A stretch of DNA of 62,962 bases, counting the filler, from Asterionella formosa (taxonomy: Eukaryota): NCBI GenBank assembly GCA_002256025.1. It is 25 parts of 25 records of this genome, joined end to end, with 100 filler letters (N's around TTAATTAATTAA, not from the genome) between each part and the next. Parts side by side here need not be neighbours in the genome. Positions count along the whole stretch, not along the records: positions 1 to 1,500 come from NKIB01002184.1; positions 1,601 to 3,100 come from NKIB01002185.1; positions 3,201 to 4,699 come from NKIB01002186.1; positions 4,800 to 6,298 come from NKIB01002187.1; positions 6,399 to 31,073 come from NKIB01002188.1; 20 more parts are not named here. The stretch is one strand, 5' to 3'. Every line of letters starts with the position of its first letter. Position 1 is the first letter of the stretch. A model generated the notes under the pieces. It saw nothing but the letters and a program-made list of their open reading frames with translations, was not told where the DNA came from and ran no database searches. Of this stretch, positions 1 through 12,348 are shown one piece after another. Made by a program: the position numbers and the translations under genes.

Positions 1-883
1 ATCCGCAAAAAAAAGCAAAGGTCCCTCATCAAAAAACTCCGCTAAAAAGACAAGGAAGAAATCCAAGGCATCATCATAGGACTTGTTTAAATAATATTTA
101 TTGTGAAGTGGACACTTACAATGGAACGTTTTGTACAGAAGATTGTAGGACGAAAAATTGAATCACAAGACTTCAATTCTGATGATGACGTTTTGGCGAT
201 TATTGATTCTGACTCCGACTTTTTGGAGACCATTGGACTGAAAAGGCCAATATTGTTGAATTTTTTAATGATGACAGTTCAACTTTGGCAGGGTTTGAAG
301 AGGAGTTAAGTACATGGGTAATCTTCATATAGCCCCAGAACTTAACTTGCGGCAAGAAAGAGCAGAAAGGAATTTCGTTTCTTTAAACTAAGCCAAATAA
401 ACGAGTTTACCCGGTAAAATCCACTATTTTCAGCATACTGGTAGTTTAAAAACCGAAGTTCCTTTCTGCACTTTCTTGACAGATCCTATATCCTGACAAT
501 TTATATAGCGTTGACATATACCCCTACTTTGTCAGAAGACTTTTTCTAAGCATATGGAAAGGGTGTATGTTGGTGAAAGCTCCATTTAGCAATATACATC
601 TATGTTTTACTTGTAAGATGTGTGTGTTTGAGTATTCTGACTCAATATTTTTTAACCCCACCTCTAATCTAGGGTTGAAATGCAGGAACCTTAACAGATA
701 GTGGTACTAGACTATCTTGACTACATCATAAGGTACCTGGCTCTATCATATGTTGCCATATGCATACAACTATGTTTCAGTTAGTGGGTTGGTTGGAGGT
801 AGGGGTGGTGATCTATGTGAGGGTTTACCATGATACCCCAGAGTAATAAATATTTTTAGTTTACCAGTAGTAAGTGGTAATGC

Positions 884-1295
884 TCAATGGATTCCTGTGC
901 AGCTCCAATGGTGAAGCGGTGTGCGTTGTACCACTTGTGCCTGTTCGTGTTTGAAACAATTTGCAAGCTCATGGTACAAAGGGGGAAGTTGTAACTCATT
1001 TTCGACTTTGCACATCTTCAGCAAGAGGGGTAAAAGGCCTCGGAATTTAGAGGAAGGCAGCTTTGGTGTAACAACGGCGGACTCTTTGCTGTCGCGCCTG
1101 GGCCTGCCTGTTTTCCAAAGCGGCCACCATTGCTGCAGCAAAATGCTCCACGGTCATGTTGTTTGTTGAGACGTCAGGCAATTTTTGTTGGACTTGTGGA
1201 AAATCAAGTGCTAGTTTACAGGTGGCATACATGGCTAGATTCCAGCTAGTGGCATGACATATTGTAGGGCTTTTGTCGCCACAATGGGGATACAA
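884..1295 (-). pseudogene. Degenerate, frameshifted ORF remnant, possibly TE-derived
   Basis: Two overlapping minus-strand ORFs (FAAAMVAALENRQ...; KLPSSKFRGLLPLLLKMCKVENELQLPPLYHELAN) look like one broken reading frame; family not identifiable by eye. Confidence 0.3.
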
Positions 1296-1500
1296 CTTTC
1301 AGGGTCACCATTGTCAGATCTGCCCTAGCAGTTGGCAGCCCGCAACTAAGTGAGTATGTCGGCACACTCCCTCCTGGTAAGTCCATCTTTTCTTCTAGTG
1401 CTACCTATCTCTAGCCAGGCTTTTGCGGCCGGGATTTGTCGGGTCACTAGCATAGTGGCATAACGGGGTGGTAAATGGACAATATTTCGCACTGTAATGT

Positions 1501-1600
1501 NNNNNNNNNNNNNNNNNNNNNNNNNNNNNNNNNNNNNNNNNNNNTTAATTAATTAANNNNNNNNNNNNNNNNNNNNNNNNNNNNNNNNNNNNNNNNNNNN
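1501..1600. other. Artificial contig linker N44-TTAATTAATTAA-N44 (stops in all six frames); first of many, e.g. also 3101, 4700, 6299, 31074, 32673 ... 61372
   Basis: An identical 100-bp spacer recurs between unrelated fragments of about 1.5 kb, whose lengths mostly fall from 1500 to about 1491 bp. Confidence 0.98.
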
Positions 1601-2909
1601 ACAAAAGGCAAGGAATAAATGAAATAACAATCAACATCATACCAAGATAAGCGCCAGCAAAACAACCTTGACAACGACCTCAATTCGTCGTTGAATCTTG
1701 AATTTTCTTTCATGAGAAGCTGTAATTAAGAAAGGAGTAAGAGGTGTGAGAAGTAGAAGATCAGAAAGAGTCACAATCACATCAAACTGACCATGCAGAA
1801 GCAACCTTCATCGTGGCGGTTTCCTTGATTTTGGCATGATTTTATAATTTATGTGGCGCAAGTATGATCATGATGATTCTAGGGTACTGGTACCTGGTAC
1901 CATGTACCAGGTACCAGGTACAAACAAGTCTATAATTAATTAATTTAATATGGGCGCGGTCAATTGTGCTCATTTCCTAATAAAATGTACCAGACTCCTC
2001 TAATAAAATGAACACACAAACGAAACTGGCGCAGTCTGCAGTCTTGTACGAGTGTACCATGAGGACCTCCAATTTTACCACCATTCAACAACCAGGTACC
2101 TGGTACCTGGTACCAGGCACATGATACCAGGATTAAAAAGGTACATGAGGAAGAAAGTAAGGCTGCTGGTACCTGGTACCTTGCCAGGTATCAGGTAGGA
2201 GTACCTGTTACCTGGTACCAGGTAATGGAGGGTAGCCCTCGCAATCGCTACAAGGTAAATTATTGTTTAGCTGAGATACTGCGATTCTTTTGACTATACA
2301 AAATCCTACAGTGTAGTTGTTGTGATCATCTGGAGCATCCTGCATCATGTCGTCTCAACCTTGACCATGACGAAAATAGCGGAAATCTCTACGAAAATTG
2401 AGAACGACGCTCTCCTGTTAGGAACATATATCAATCACAACAAAGGCAATACAACCGTAAGAGAATAGTTGCAATGGCATTGATAGTGACAGCGAAAACT
2501 GCAATCGCCGATGGCACAATTTTTCTACATAATCTATAGCTGCTCAAATCAAAACGACGCTGTTGCGAACAGATTTGACATTTTTGCAGTTGCTGAGCAA
2601 TGAACGACTATAACAATAACATGATTAGTTGAAGCAAAAAATTGTTAAAATAGTTATTCATCAAATAAGAATGATTGATTGTACCAACGGCATTTGTGGA
2701 TGCGGATATCGGCGCCAACAACTGCTTGTGCTGTTTGTTCTTTGGCAGTCGATATCAAGGGAAAATGTGATAGAGGAAAAAATAATAATTGAATCGAAAT
2801 TAGTTACTCTTTACTTAATTATGTGGTGAGACCAGCATAATATTGCCGTGAAGTCGCGTAATTTCGCCATTATACCGTTATGAGGGCTAGTTGGAAAAAA
2901 ATATTGTTG

Positions 2910-3097
2910 CGAACTCACATAATTATTGGTTTGATCACATAATTATTAGATAAGTAGAATAAATTTTGTTTTAGAACACATAAATTTTGGTTTGACCCAA
3001 ATAAATTCCCAAAAAAGTAGCATAATATTTTAGAAAAGTAGCATAAATACGTCACTTTAGACATAAATTTGAAAAAGTGCCGTAAACGGCGTCTTAG
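2910..3097. repeat. AT-rich array of short CATAA(A/T)T-type repeats, probable DNA-transposon subterminal region
   Basis: TCACATAATTATT at 2915 and 2935, further CATAAAT/CATAAT variants, and AAAAGTAGCATAA twice. Confidence 0.5.
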
Positions 3098-3201
3098 ATG
3101 NNNNNNNNNNNNNNNNNNNNNNNNNNNNNNNNNNNNNNNNNNNNTTAATTAATTAANNNNNNNNNNNNNNNNNNNNNNNNNNNNNNNNNNNNNNNNNNNN
3201 G

Positions 3202-4699
3202 ATGGTTCCTCCACCTGAAATGAAAATACCTCCAACTGCTGACACACTCGACATTGACGAGATGGATCCATCCGAAAATGTCGTACCTGCAACTACTACT
3301 GGTACACTTCTTGACATTAACGAGATTCTTGGTCCCCCTGAAAAGAGGAAACCCTTTCCCGGTTGGCTAGCCAATATTGATGAGTTCGTCAACTCGCTCA
3401 TAGTACCAGATGACTTTATTCTGGATGAAAGTGGGCTGGGATTGATTCATATAAAAGGAATCGACATAAAACATATATCTGTCAAGGTACTTCGAAAAAT
3501 TTGCGTGAGATTTAAAGTGTCAGGGTACAGGAATGGCAAGAAGGACTCCACTATTTCCTTAATTGTCCGTTTACTGAAAAGAGACTGGCTGGTTGGTCAA
3601 CTATACCCCCCCACTCCTATGATCACTTATAATGAAGTGATTGGCATCCACAACAACAACAGGAACAATGATGAATCTATTATTGAAGATGAAGAAAAGA
3701 GTTGTGGCAATGTTGATATGGACTCTGATTGTTCACAGAAAGGGAAGCCAGATGAAGCAGAAAAAGACCCTGACTATGTTCTTAATTCGCAAAATAGCAG
3801 TGATGACGATGACAAATCATTGACTCTTCCTCCTCCTGTTGCAAAGAAGGCAACAAAAAAGAAAAAGGCTACAGTAGCAAAATCAACTCCTCCAAGCAGT
3901 GTGACATGTGCTAACACATATTTTCGTGTCATCAATGTGTACATGTGTGAGCAACACAGAAGTGATGTGTTGATGCTTGGTCAGCCTCCAACTATGGCTG
4001 AACTGGATGTTAGGAAATTCAGGCACAAATACATTTTCGATAGACTCATAACTACATTCCTTGATGATGAAGATGATGACAGCAATAATCTTGCATTTTC
4101 ACAAGATCCTTATTGGGAACAAATGGGAATAGACAGTTGTTACCCAAAGACGTATGACGCTCTGTCCTCTGTCGAATTTTCTATGGCAATGGGGTACATT
4201 AACTATCATTACCAAATTGCATACAGGAACAACAAAAAGTCAGGAAGTCATGATGACTTTGTTAATTTTGTTGGAAGCCGACCTTATATATATTACTACC
4301 ATTTATGGTTGTGCCAAGTTCCTCACCTTCTCAATTTCGCTGTTCCATTACTTCCAAAATCATCATTCCGTGAAAGTACTGATAGTGCCAAATCTTCATC
4401 CTTATCATCAAAGACTGTTGGCTCGAAGAAAGGAAAATGTTCATCTACCTCATCCAATTTGTCCCATCATTCCTCTTCTATGGTACAAATGGCAAATGCA
4501 TTAGAGTGTTTTGAACGAGTAAATGCAGTGAAACTTCAAGTGCTTCAGTCTTCAGCAGGACCAAGACGCGAGAAAGAGATCCTAGATGTTCTGGATCTCT
4601 ATAAAAGTCGTCTCAAGAATGCTCGGAAGGATTTGGAAGAGTTGGAGAATCATGGGTATGACTCCAATAATTCTGATGTAGTTCAGGCTCGACTAGAAA
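3202..4699 (+). CDS. Partial ORF of about 499 aa, probably the DNA-binding accessory protein of a PIF/Harbinger-like transposon (copy/allele 1)
   Basis: Open across the whole contig; helix-extension-helix-like segment (ISVKVLRKICVRFKVSGYRNGKKDSTISLI), acidic linker, basic NLS-like KKATKKKK, FRVINV...TMAELD motif resembling stramenopile transposon-associated Myb-like proteins, C-terminal coiled coil. Confidence 0.5.
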
Positions 4700-4799
4700 N
4701 NNNNNNNNNNNNNNNNNNNNNNNNNNNNNNNNNNNNNNNNNNNTTAATTAATTAANNNNNNNNNNNNNNNNNNNNNNNNNNNNNNNNNNNNNNNNNNNN

Positions 4800-6297
4800 T
4801 TTCTAGTCGAGCCTGAACTACATCAGAATTATTGGAGTCATACCCATGATTCTCCAACTCTTCCAAATCCTTCCAAGCATTCTTGAGACGACTTTTATAG
4901 AGATCCAGAACATCTAGGATCTCTTTCTCGCGTCTTGGTCCTGCTGAAGACTGAAGCACTTGAAGTTTCACTGCATTTACTCGTTCAAAACACTCTAATG
5001 CATTTGCCATTTGTACCATAGAAGAGGAATGATGGGACAAATTGGATGAGGTAGATGAACATTTTCCTTTCTTCGAGCCAACAGTCTTTGATGATAAGGA
5101 TGAAGATTTGGCAATATCAGTACTTTCACGGAATGATGATTTTGGAAGCAATGGAACAGCGAAATTGAGAAGGTGAGGAACTTGGCACAACCATAAATGG
5201 TAGTAATATATATAAGGTCGGCTTCCAACAAAATTAACAAAGTCATCATGACTTCCTGATTTTTTGTTGTTCCTGGATGCAATTTGGTAATGATAGTTAA
5301 TGTACCCCATTGCCATAGAAAATTCGACAGAGGACAGAGCGTCATATGTCTTTGGGTAACAACTGTCTATTCCCATTTGTTCCCAATAAGGATCTTGTGA
5401 AAATGCAAGATTATTGCTGTCATCATCTTCATCATCAAGGAATGTAGTTATGAGTCTATCGAAAATGTATTTGTGCCTGAATTTCCTAACATCCAGTTCA
5501 GCCATAGTTGGAGGCTGACCAAGCATCAACACATCACTTCTGTGTTGCTCACACATGTACACATTGATGACACGAAAATATGTGTTAGCACATGTCACAC
5601 TGCTTGGAGGAGTTGATTTTGCTACTGTAGCCTTTTTCTTTTTTGTTGCCTTCTTTGCAACAGGAGGAGGAAGAGTCAATGATTTGTCATCGTCATCACT
5701 GCTATTTTGCGAATTAAGAACATAGTCAGGGTCTTTTTCTGCTTCATCTGGCTTCCCTTTCTGTGAACAATCAGAGTCCATATCAACATTGCCACAACTC
5801 TTTTCTTCATCTTCAATAATAGATTCATCATTGTTCCTGTTGTTGTTGTGGATGCCAATCACTTCATTATAAGTGATCATAGGAGTGGGGGGGTATAGTT
5901 GACCAACCAGCCAGTCTCTTTTCAGTAAACGGACAATTAAGGAAATAGTGGAGTCCTTCTTGCCATTCCTGTACCCTGACACTTTAAATCTCACGCAAAT
6001 TTTTCGAAGTACCTTGACAGATATATGTTTTATGTCGATTCCTTTTATATGAATCAATCCCAGCCCACTTTCATCCAGAATAAAGTCATCTGGTACTATG
6101 AGCGAGTTGACGAACTCATCAATATTGGCTAGCCAACCGGGAAAGGGTTTCCTCTTTTCAGGGGGACCAAGAATCTCGTTAATGTCAAGAAGTGTACCAG
6201 TAGTAGTTGCAGGTACGACATTTTCGGATGGATCCATCTCGTCAATGTCGAGTGTGTCAGCAGTTGGAGGTATTTTCATTTCAGGTGGAGGAACCAT
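4800..6297 (-). CDS. Same ORF, copy/allele 2 (near-identical reverse-complement contig)
   Basis: Contig 4800-6298 is the reverse complement of 3201-4699; six substitutions seen (Y>S, S>I, R>W and three synonymous). Confidence 0.5.
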
Positions 6298-6398
6298 CNN
6301 NNNNNNNNNNNNNNNNNNNNNNNNNNNNNNNNNNNNNNNNNNTTAATTAATTAANNNNNNNNNNNNNNNNNNNNNNNNNNNNNNNNNNNNNNNNNNNN

Positions 6399-6931
6399 TC
6401 CATTTGCTCACCTCCACCAGTGGTAGACTCCAACTTCTGCCCCGTCTGCTTCTTTCGCATTGCAATTCTCGCTCGTGCACTGTCCACAACATTGCGCATT
6501 ACCTCCTCTCTATCGGCCACAGCCGGTGCCAACAGCTCAATCGATTTCTCAATCTCAACTCTCGCCTGCAGCTTCTTTTCAGCCTTGGCATCCTTCATAC
6601 GAGTGGCAAAGAACCGCTCTTCGCGTTGTTCCTTAATGGCCTGCACTCGTTGCATGGCAACAATGGTTTGACCCATCAGGTCGCGATCGTACTTGACAGG
6701 ACGGTTACGGCGCTTCTCAAATTCAAAGCTACGATCCACCGCCATCTCCTTCCCACGAGTCTTGCGGAAAGCCTTGGTCCACGCAACCTTGCGGGGATTG
6801 CGTTTCTTGTTGAAATTGCGGTGGCATTTTGATCGGCAAAAACGAAATTGTTTTGCGTCGTTTCGAACAAATACCATGCCGTGTCCAGGGTAGCATGGGG
6901 AGGAGCAAAAGTAACACTTTTCAATTCTCAT
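6399..6931 (-). CDS. RLP24: Ribosome biogenesis protein RLP24 (eL24-like); 3' end cut by contig edge
   Basis: [18 protein letters not shown]...[31 protein letters not shown]...[13 protein letters not shown] is the RLP24/RSL24D1 signature. Confidence 0.96.
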
Positions 6932-7768
6932 TGTGCTGGCTGTCTGATGAGTAAAGTAGGGAGGAAAGTGTGAAACGAACCGCCTATTTCACTTGGACGG
7001 CCTCCCAGCTAGCAAAACCTAACAAATTTGCATGTGTAGTACCCCTACTACCTGGCACTACCGGTATGTACCGGGTACCTGGTACCGGATCCTGTTGAGG
7101 GGGGACATGAAATGATTACAGAATTTACTTGATTATGCATGATAGCAAATCCCCCGTGTCGTTACCATTCGAACCTCTAGCTAAATAGGAATTTTCCCGT
7201 TTCAGTCCTCCTTCCTCCTTGAATGGCTGTGGAGCAAGCACGATCCGTGCAAGACTGTGTCCGGGTTCTCTTTCATAAGAATACAGGTACTAGGCTGATA
7301 ACCGTACCGGTAGTACAGTTCGTTTTGTTTTCACTTGTTACTTTATAGAAGCAAGTACAGTACCGGTTTACGTATAGCTACACATATAGCAATGTAATGG
7401 TATACATGGAATCTCAAATATATGCACGGGTAAATGCTTGTGCTTCAAACATTGTTAGTTGATTAAATGGGCAATTGAAAATCATTATAAAAAGAATCCT
7501 AGTCACTCCTGTGCTTTCTTAACATATTGTCTTGCAGCATCTCACAGGTTAATTGTGCATAGTTTTTGGTAGTCATCTGGAGCTGAGGGAATTGTGCACT
7601 TAGTCCCTAATGTGACAATAAAACAAGCAAAGTAACCTTCCAACAAACAGTAAGTGACAAGCAGCAGACCAGAGATTGTTGTCCACCAGAATCTCACTCA
7701 GTTGTAATGAATGAATGTATGTTAAATTGGTTTCGATTAATTTATTTACCGACTAATGATTTAATTAC

Positions 7769-7911
7769 AGAAACAGAGTTTATGTTCATGTCTACTATGC
7801 AAATCATAAAAAACTCATTTCTTCGAGTAAGCCAAGCAACCATGATCCCGTAGAAAGAAGTGGGTATGTAGCCTACGTAAGACAATCCGTCCTAAAATAA
7901 GCTGCTTGGCA
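7769..7911 (+). repeat. Dispersed repeat, diverged homolog of 53511-53640
   Basis: Shared collinear blocks AGAAACAGAGTTTA..TATGTTCATGTC..TCATAAAAA..CTCAT..TTCGAG..GTAGAAA..GGTATGT..GTCCTAA(A/G)ATAAGCTGCTTGGCA. Confidence 0.75.
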
Positions 7912-8186
7912 CTGAGTCTTCCAATAATCGATGCAAATCTATGAACGCTTCCAGCAAACCAACAACATCAAGGCCAGCACTTCCTGAGCCTGCAGCATTC
8001 AGCTCGATAATCGCACCACAACAAACTTGCAACTTGCAGCTTTGATGATTGAAATATATCTCAAGCCAAGGATATTGCCATCGCAAATTTTATTGGCATC
8101 ACTTGTGTTGTTGTTGATTGTTGTTTCATCATGGTGACCAATGCATATTAAAACCATTATAATATTTATGTATAAATAAATTGCTA

Positions 8187-8256
8187 GTGGAATAGCTTAG
8201 TTGGTTAGCTTAGCTTCTAAGGTAGCAAGTTCAATTCCTGCATTTTACACCTGCTT
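8187..8256 (+). ncRNA. tRNA-derived Pol III-like element (tRNA pseudogene or SINE head) with truncated anticodon arm
   Basis: A-box TAGCTTAGTTGG, B-box GTTCAATTCC in a T-arm-like stem; related copy at 46760-46826. Confidence 0.5.
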
Positions 8257-9062
8257 NNNNNNNNNNNNNNNNNNNNNNNNNNNNNNNNNNNNNNNNNNNN
8301 NNNNNNNNNNNNNNNNNNNNNNNNNNNNNNNNNNNNNNNNNNNNNNNNNNNNNNNNNNNNNNNNNNNNNNNNNNNNNNNNNNNNNNNNNNNNNNNNNNNN
8401 NNNNNNNNNNNNNNNNNNNNNNNNNNNNNNNNNNNNNNNNNNNNNNNNNNNNNNNNNNNNNNNNNNNNNNNNNNNNNNNNNNNNNNNNNNNNNNNNNNNN
8501 NNNNNNNNNNNNNNNNNNNNNNNNNNNNNNNNNNNNNNNNNNNNNNNNNNNNNNNNNNNNNNNNNNNNNNNNNNNNNNNNNNNNNNNNNNNNNNNNNNNN
8601 NNNNNNNNNNNNNNNNNNNNNNNNNNNNNNNNNNNNNNNNNNNNNNNNNNNNNNNNNNNNNNNNNNNNNNNNNNNNNNNNNNNNNNNNNNNNNNNNNNNN
8701 NNNNNNNNNNNNNNNNNNNNNNNNNNNNNNNNNNNNNNNNNNNNNNNNNNNNNNNNNNNNNNNNNNNNNNNNNNNNNNNNNNNNNNNNNNNNNNNNNNNN
8801 NNNNNNNNNNNNNNNNNNNNNNNNNNNNNNNNNNNNNNNNNNNNNNNNNNNNNNNNNNNNNNNNNNNNNNNNNNNNNNNNNNNNNNNNNNNNNNNNNNNN
8901 NNNNNNNNNNNNNNNNNNNNNNNNNNNNNNNNNNNNNNNNNNNNNNNNNNNNNNNNNNNNNNNNNNNNNNNNNNNATGCATTCATGTACTGCTGATGGAG
9001 ATATTGTGCATGCTGTGTGCTTGCTTGTAAGTGAGGGGGTGTCTTCCGGGTATATGGAGACC

Positions 9063-11054
9063 CTAATCCATTCGGCACACTCCATCCCAACATGCCGGTC
9101 CAGCAGCAGGCACAATACGAATCACATTGGCAGCTCCAGGGGTGCCGAACGGAAGTCCAGCAGTCACAACCAAAAGATCATTTGGGTCGCTCACCAACCC
9201 CTTCTTCAAGGCAGCCCGACAGGCATTGCGCAACACCAAATCAAAGTCATCAGCATCGCGTTCCATGACTGGAGCATCATAGTCAAACATTTCTTCTTCG
9301 GAAACCGTGTAGCCGTACGACCCTGCCTTGGGCAAGTCAGGATAGACGCCCCAACTAAGGACGAGTTGACGGGCAGTTTCTTTGAATGGACAAAGAGCCA
9401 AGATAGGAACACTGGGGCGGTTTTTGGAAGCCCTGAGGACTGTAGATCCTCTCAACGAAAAGCAAGCAATGGCTTTGGCCCCTATCGTCTTTGAAATTTG
9501 CTTAGCAGCAACGATAACAGCATCCGTTGGTGTGTTATCCGGTTCTGGAGCAGCCTGGTCCAGGAACTTGCGGTAGTGTGAGTCGCCCTCAACGCGATTA
9601 ATGATACGCTGCTGCATGGCCACACTCTCTTCGGGATACTATCATTTTCGGATATTTGAATCAAGCAAAGAGGTTAGATTCTAGTAGTATTCAAATAAAG
9701 TTGGTTGCTCATGACAAAATACCTACCTTTCCTGCGGCACTCTCTGCCGACAACATTATGGCATCCGCTCCATCATAAATCGCCGTCGCCACATCACTTG
9801 CTTCTGCCCTTGTCGGGGTAGGCGACTCAATCATGGACTCCAACATTTGTGTCGCCACAACAACTGGCTTGCCTTGCTTTCTGCATTCATCAATGATTTC
9901 CTTTTGCAGCAAGGGTACATCTTCCGGTGGACATTCGACTCCCAAATCTCCACGGGCCACCATGATCCCATTGCAAAGAGCCACAATGCGTTTTAAGTTG
10001 TCTCCGTCAAAGCAGGATGGCTTTTCGATCTTGGCCATGACACACGGTTTGAACATCCCTTCAGGAAGTTTTTCTTCAATGAGTGCATGGATTTCTTCAA
10101 TATCTTGTGGTCGCTGGACGAACGACAGGGCAACCCAGTCGACGCCAATGCTGAGCATGTATTCCAAATCAGAGCGATCCTTGGGTGTGAGTGGACTTAT
10201 TTCCAAGAGCGAGTCTGGTGTGTTGACGCCCTGTAAATGAAGGCCGTGTCAGTGATGCACAACATGACTCGAAACGACACCGAATGAATCACAAACAAAT
10301 GTCCTCCGTGTGGCGCACCTTTCTGTTGCTAATTTTCCCGTTCACATCGACACGACAATCCAAATAATCGGCCCCTTTGCCAATGACTGTCAGCTTGACT
10401 TTACCATCGTCCACCATCAACACATGTCCAACCTCACAAGCGTCAATGATTTCCGGATGGGGTAGCTGCACACGCTTGTTGTCTCCCATGGCTGCATCAA
10501 GATCCAGACGAAAGGTCTGTCCCTGTTCCAAGTATTCTCCAGCAGGATTGCTGAATTCGCCCACCTGGGTAGGAAGCAGCTAGTTAGCGCAGGATTCGAC
10601 AAGGTTGTGATGGCAAGCAAATTAATCGCAAACGTACTCTCAATTTGGGACCCTGCAAATCCCCCAACACAGCAATCGGGTGGGAGTACTTTTCTTCGAC
10701 TTGTCGAATCATTTTCAACAAGCCCAACTTCTGCTCTTGAGATCCATGCGAGAAATTCAATCGAAAGACGTCCGCACCAGCAAGGAAGAGCTTTTCAATC
10801 ATCTCCAAACTGGACGAAGCAGGACCCAGAGTGATGAGCTGCTTGGTAGATTTGCGCCAGCGCTGGGCTACCTTGGGGACAGCCGCGACAGTCGGAGCTT
10901 CGGGTGCGGCCTTGTTGACAGCCCCATTGGGAACGAGAGTGGCCGCATTCAGGGGAGTGACGGCCGTCCGAGGCGCAAAGGAGGCCCGAGGCGCAAAGGC
11001 CGCAACGGCGATGCTGCACAACGCCAGATTGACGGCAGCAAAGAGGATCTTCAT
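9063..11054 (-). CDS. PK: Pyruvate kinase, plastid-targeted, 4 exons, about 580 aa
   Basis: Exons 11054-10638, 10564-10319, 10230-9727, 9638-9063 joined by GT-AG introns of 73, 88 and 88 bp; motifs [50 protein letters not shown]; signal peptide ending AVAA|FAP. Confidence 0.96.
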
Positions 11055-12348
11055 CGCGGATGAATAGGACTCGGCTAATGCGGTTTAATGTGGTAGCAAC
11101 ACAGCAACGACCTGATGTGAACCGAGGAGAAAAAGAACATTTGAGACTCCAGATGGAGGGACTACGTCAACGCGAGAAAAGCAAGGACGATGGAATCTTT
11201 GTCGGTGGGCTGGTTGTGATGGCTGGAGTAGACAATTGGACGTCACCATTTCTAATGGTTCTGCAGGGGATGCTTATGGTACGATGCTTTCCGGGTTTCA
11301 ATCATGTGCGTTTGTGACATCTTGTGTCAGCCAGTATGAAAAATTGGAATCACAATTTCCCCACTATGTACGATGCTGTTCCGGTATTGCCGTGCTGTAC
11401 CTGGCACATATGATATAAATTTATGTTTACCGCTACATTTATACCGGTATGTCATCTCGATGGATGTTTGAATTTTGCGTAGAATGTACGGCCAGTAAAC
11501 CAATTCCTCCCTGTGTACGGGCACCAGTACACCACCACGATAAGAAATCAAAAGAACAATGTTAGAGCGATGTCAACAAAATAGAGCGATGTCACCAAAC
11601 CTTTCTCGGACGATTGTTTGATGTTGCTTGGTCTACATGATTGTCATCAAATTTGGTTCCGTCANNNNNNNNNNNNNNNNNNNNNNNNNNNNNNNNNNNN
11701 NNNNNNNNNNNNNNNNNNNNNNNNNNNNNNNNNNNNNNNNNNNNNNNNNNNNNNNNNNNNNNNNNNNNNNNNNNNNNNNNNNNNNNNNNNNNNNNNNNNN
11801 NNNNNNNNNNNNNNNNNNNNNNNNNNNNNNNNNNNNNNNNNNNNNNNNNNNNNNNNNNNNNNNNNNNNNNNNNNNNNNNNNNNNNNNNNNNNNNNNNNNN
11901 NNNNNNNNNNNNNNNNNNNNNNNNNNNNNNNNNNNNNNNNNNNNNNNNNNNNNNNNNNNNNNNNNNNNNNNNNNNNNNNNNNNNNNNNNNNNNNNNNNNN
12001 NNNNNNNNNNNNNNNNNNNNNNNNNNNNNNNNNNNNNNNNNNNNNNNNNNNNNNNNNNNNNNNNNNNNNNNNNNNNNNNNNNNNNNNNNNNNNNNNNNNN
12101 NNNNNNNNNNNNNNNNNNNNNNNNNNNNNNNNNNNNNNNNNNNNNNNNNNNNNNNNNNNNNNNNNNTGCTACCTGGTACCCTGGTACCTACTGATGATAG
12201 CACAGTGATATCAGCCAGTATAAGTGAAGCCACGAAAAGATTTGAATTGCCCCTACCGTGTAATAGAAGTACCTGGTACATGTTACTACTCTCCCCTGTT
12301 GGCTGAGTCGAGAATCAAGTACATACTGATATCCGACCAATCCTGTTG

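Noticed and set aside
1545..1556. Regularly spaced TTAATTAATTAA repeat (CRISPR-like or satellite periodicity of about 1.6 kb)
   Set aside because: It is a synthetic stop-codon spacer embedded in Ns; the periodicity reflects size-sorted contigs.
3201..6298. Giant 1.5-kb inverted repeat or hairpin with convergent twin genes
   Set aside because: The two arms are separate contigs joined by the artificial linker; adjacency and orientation are arbitrary.
8201..9115. ORFs running through N gaps (also 11592-12306, 24038-24656) and ORF tails ending in X..LIN or X..N
   Set aside because: They are artefacts of translating unknown bases and linkers.
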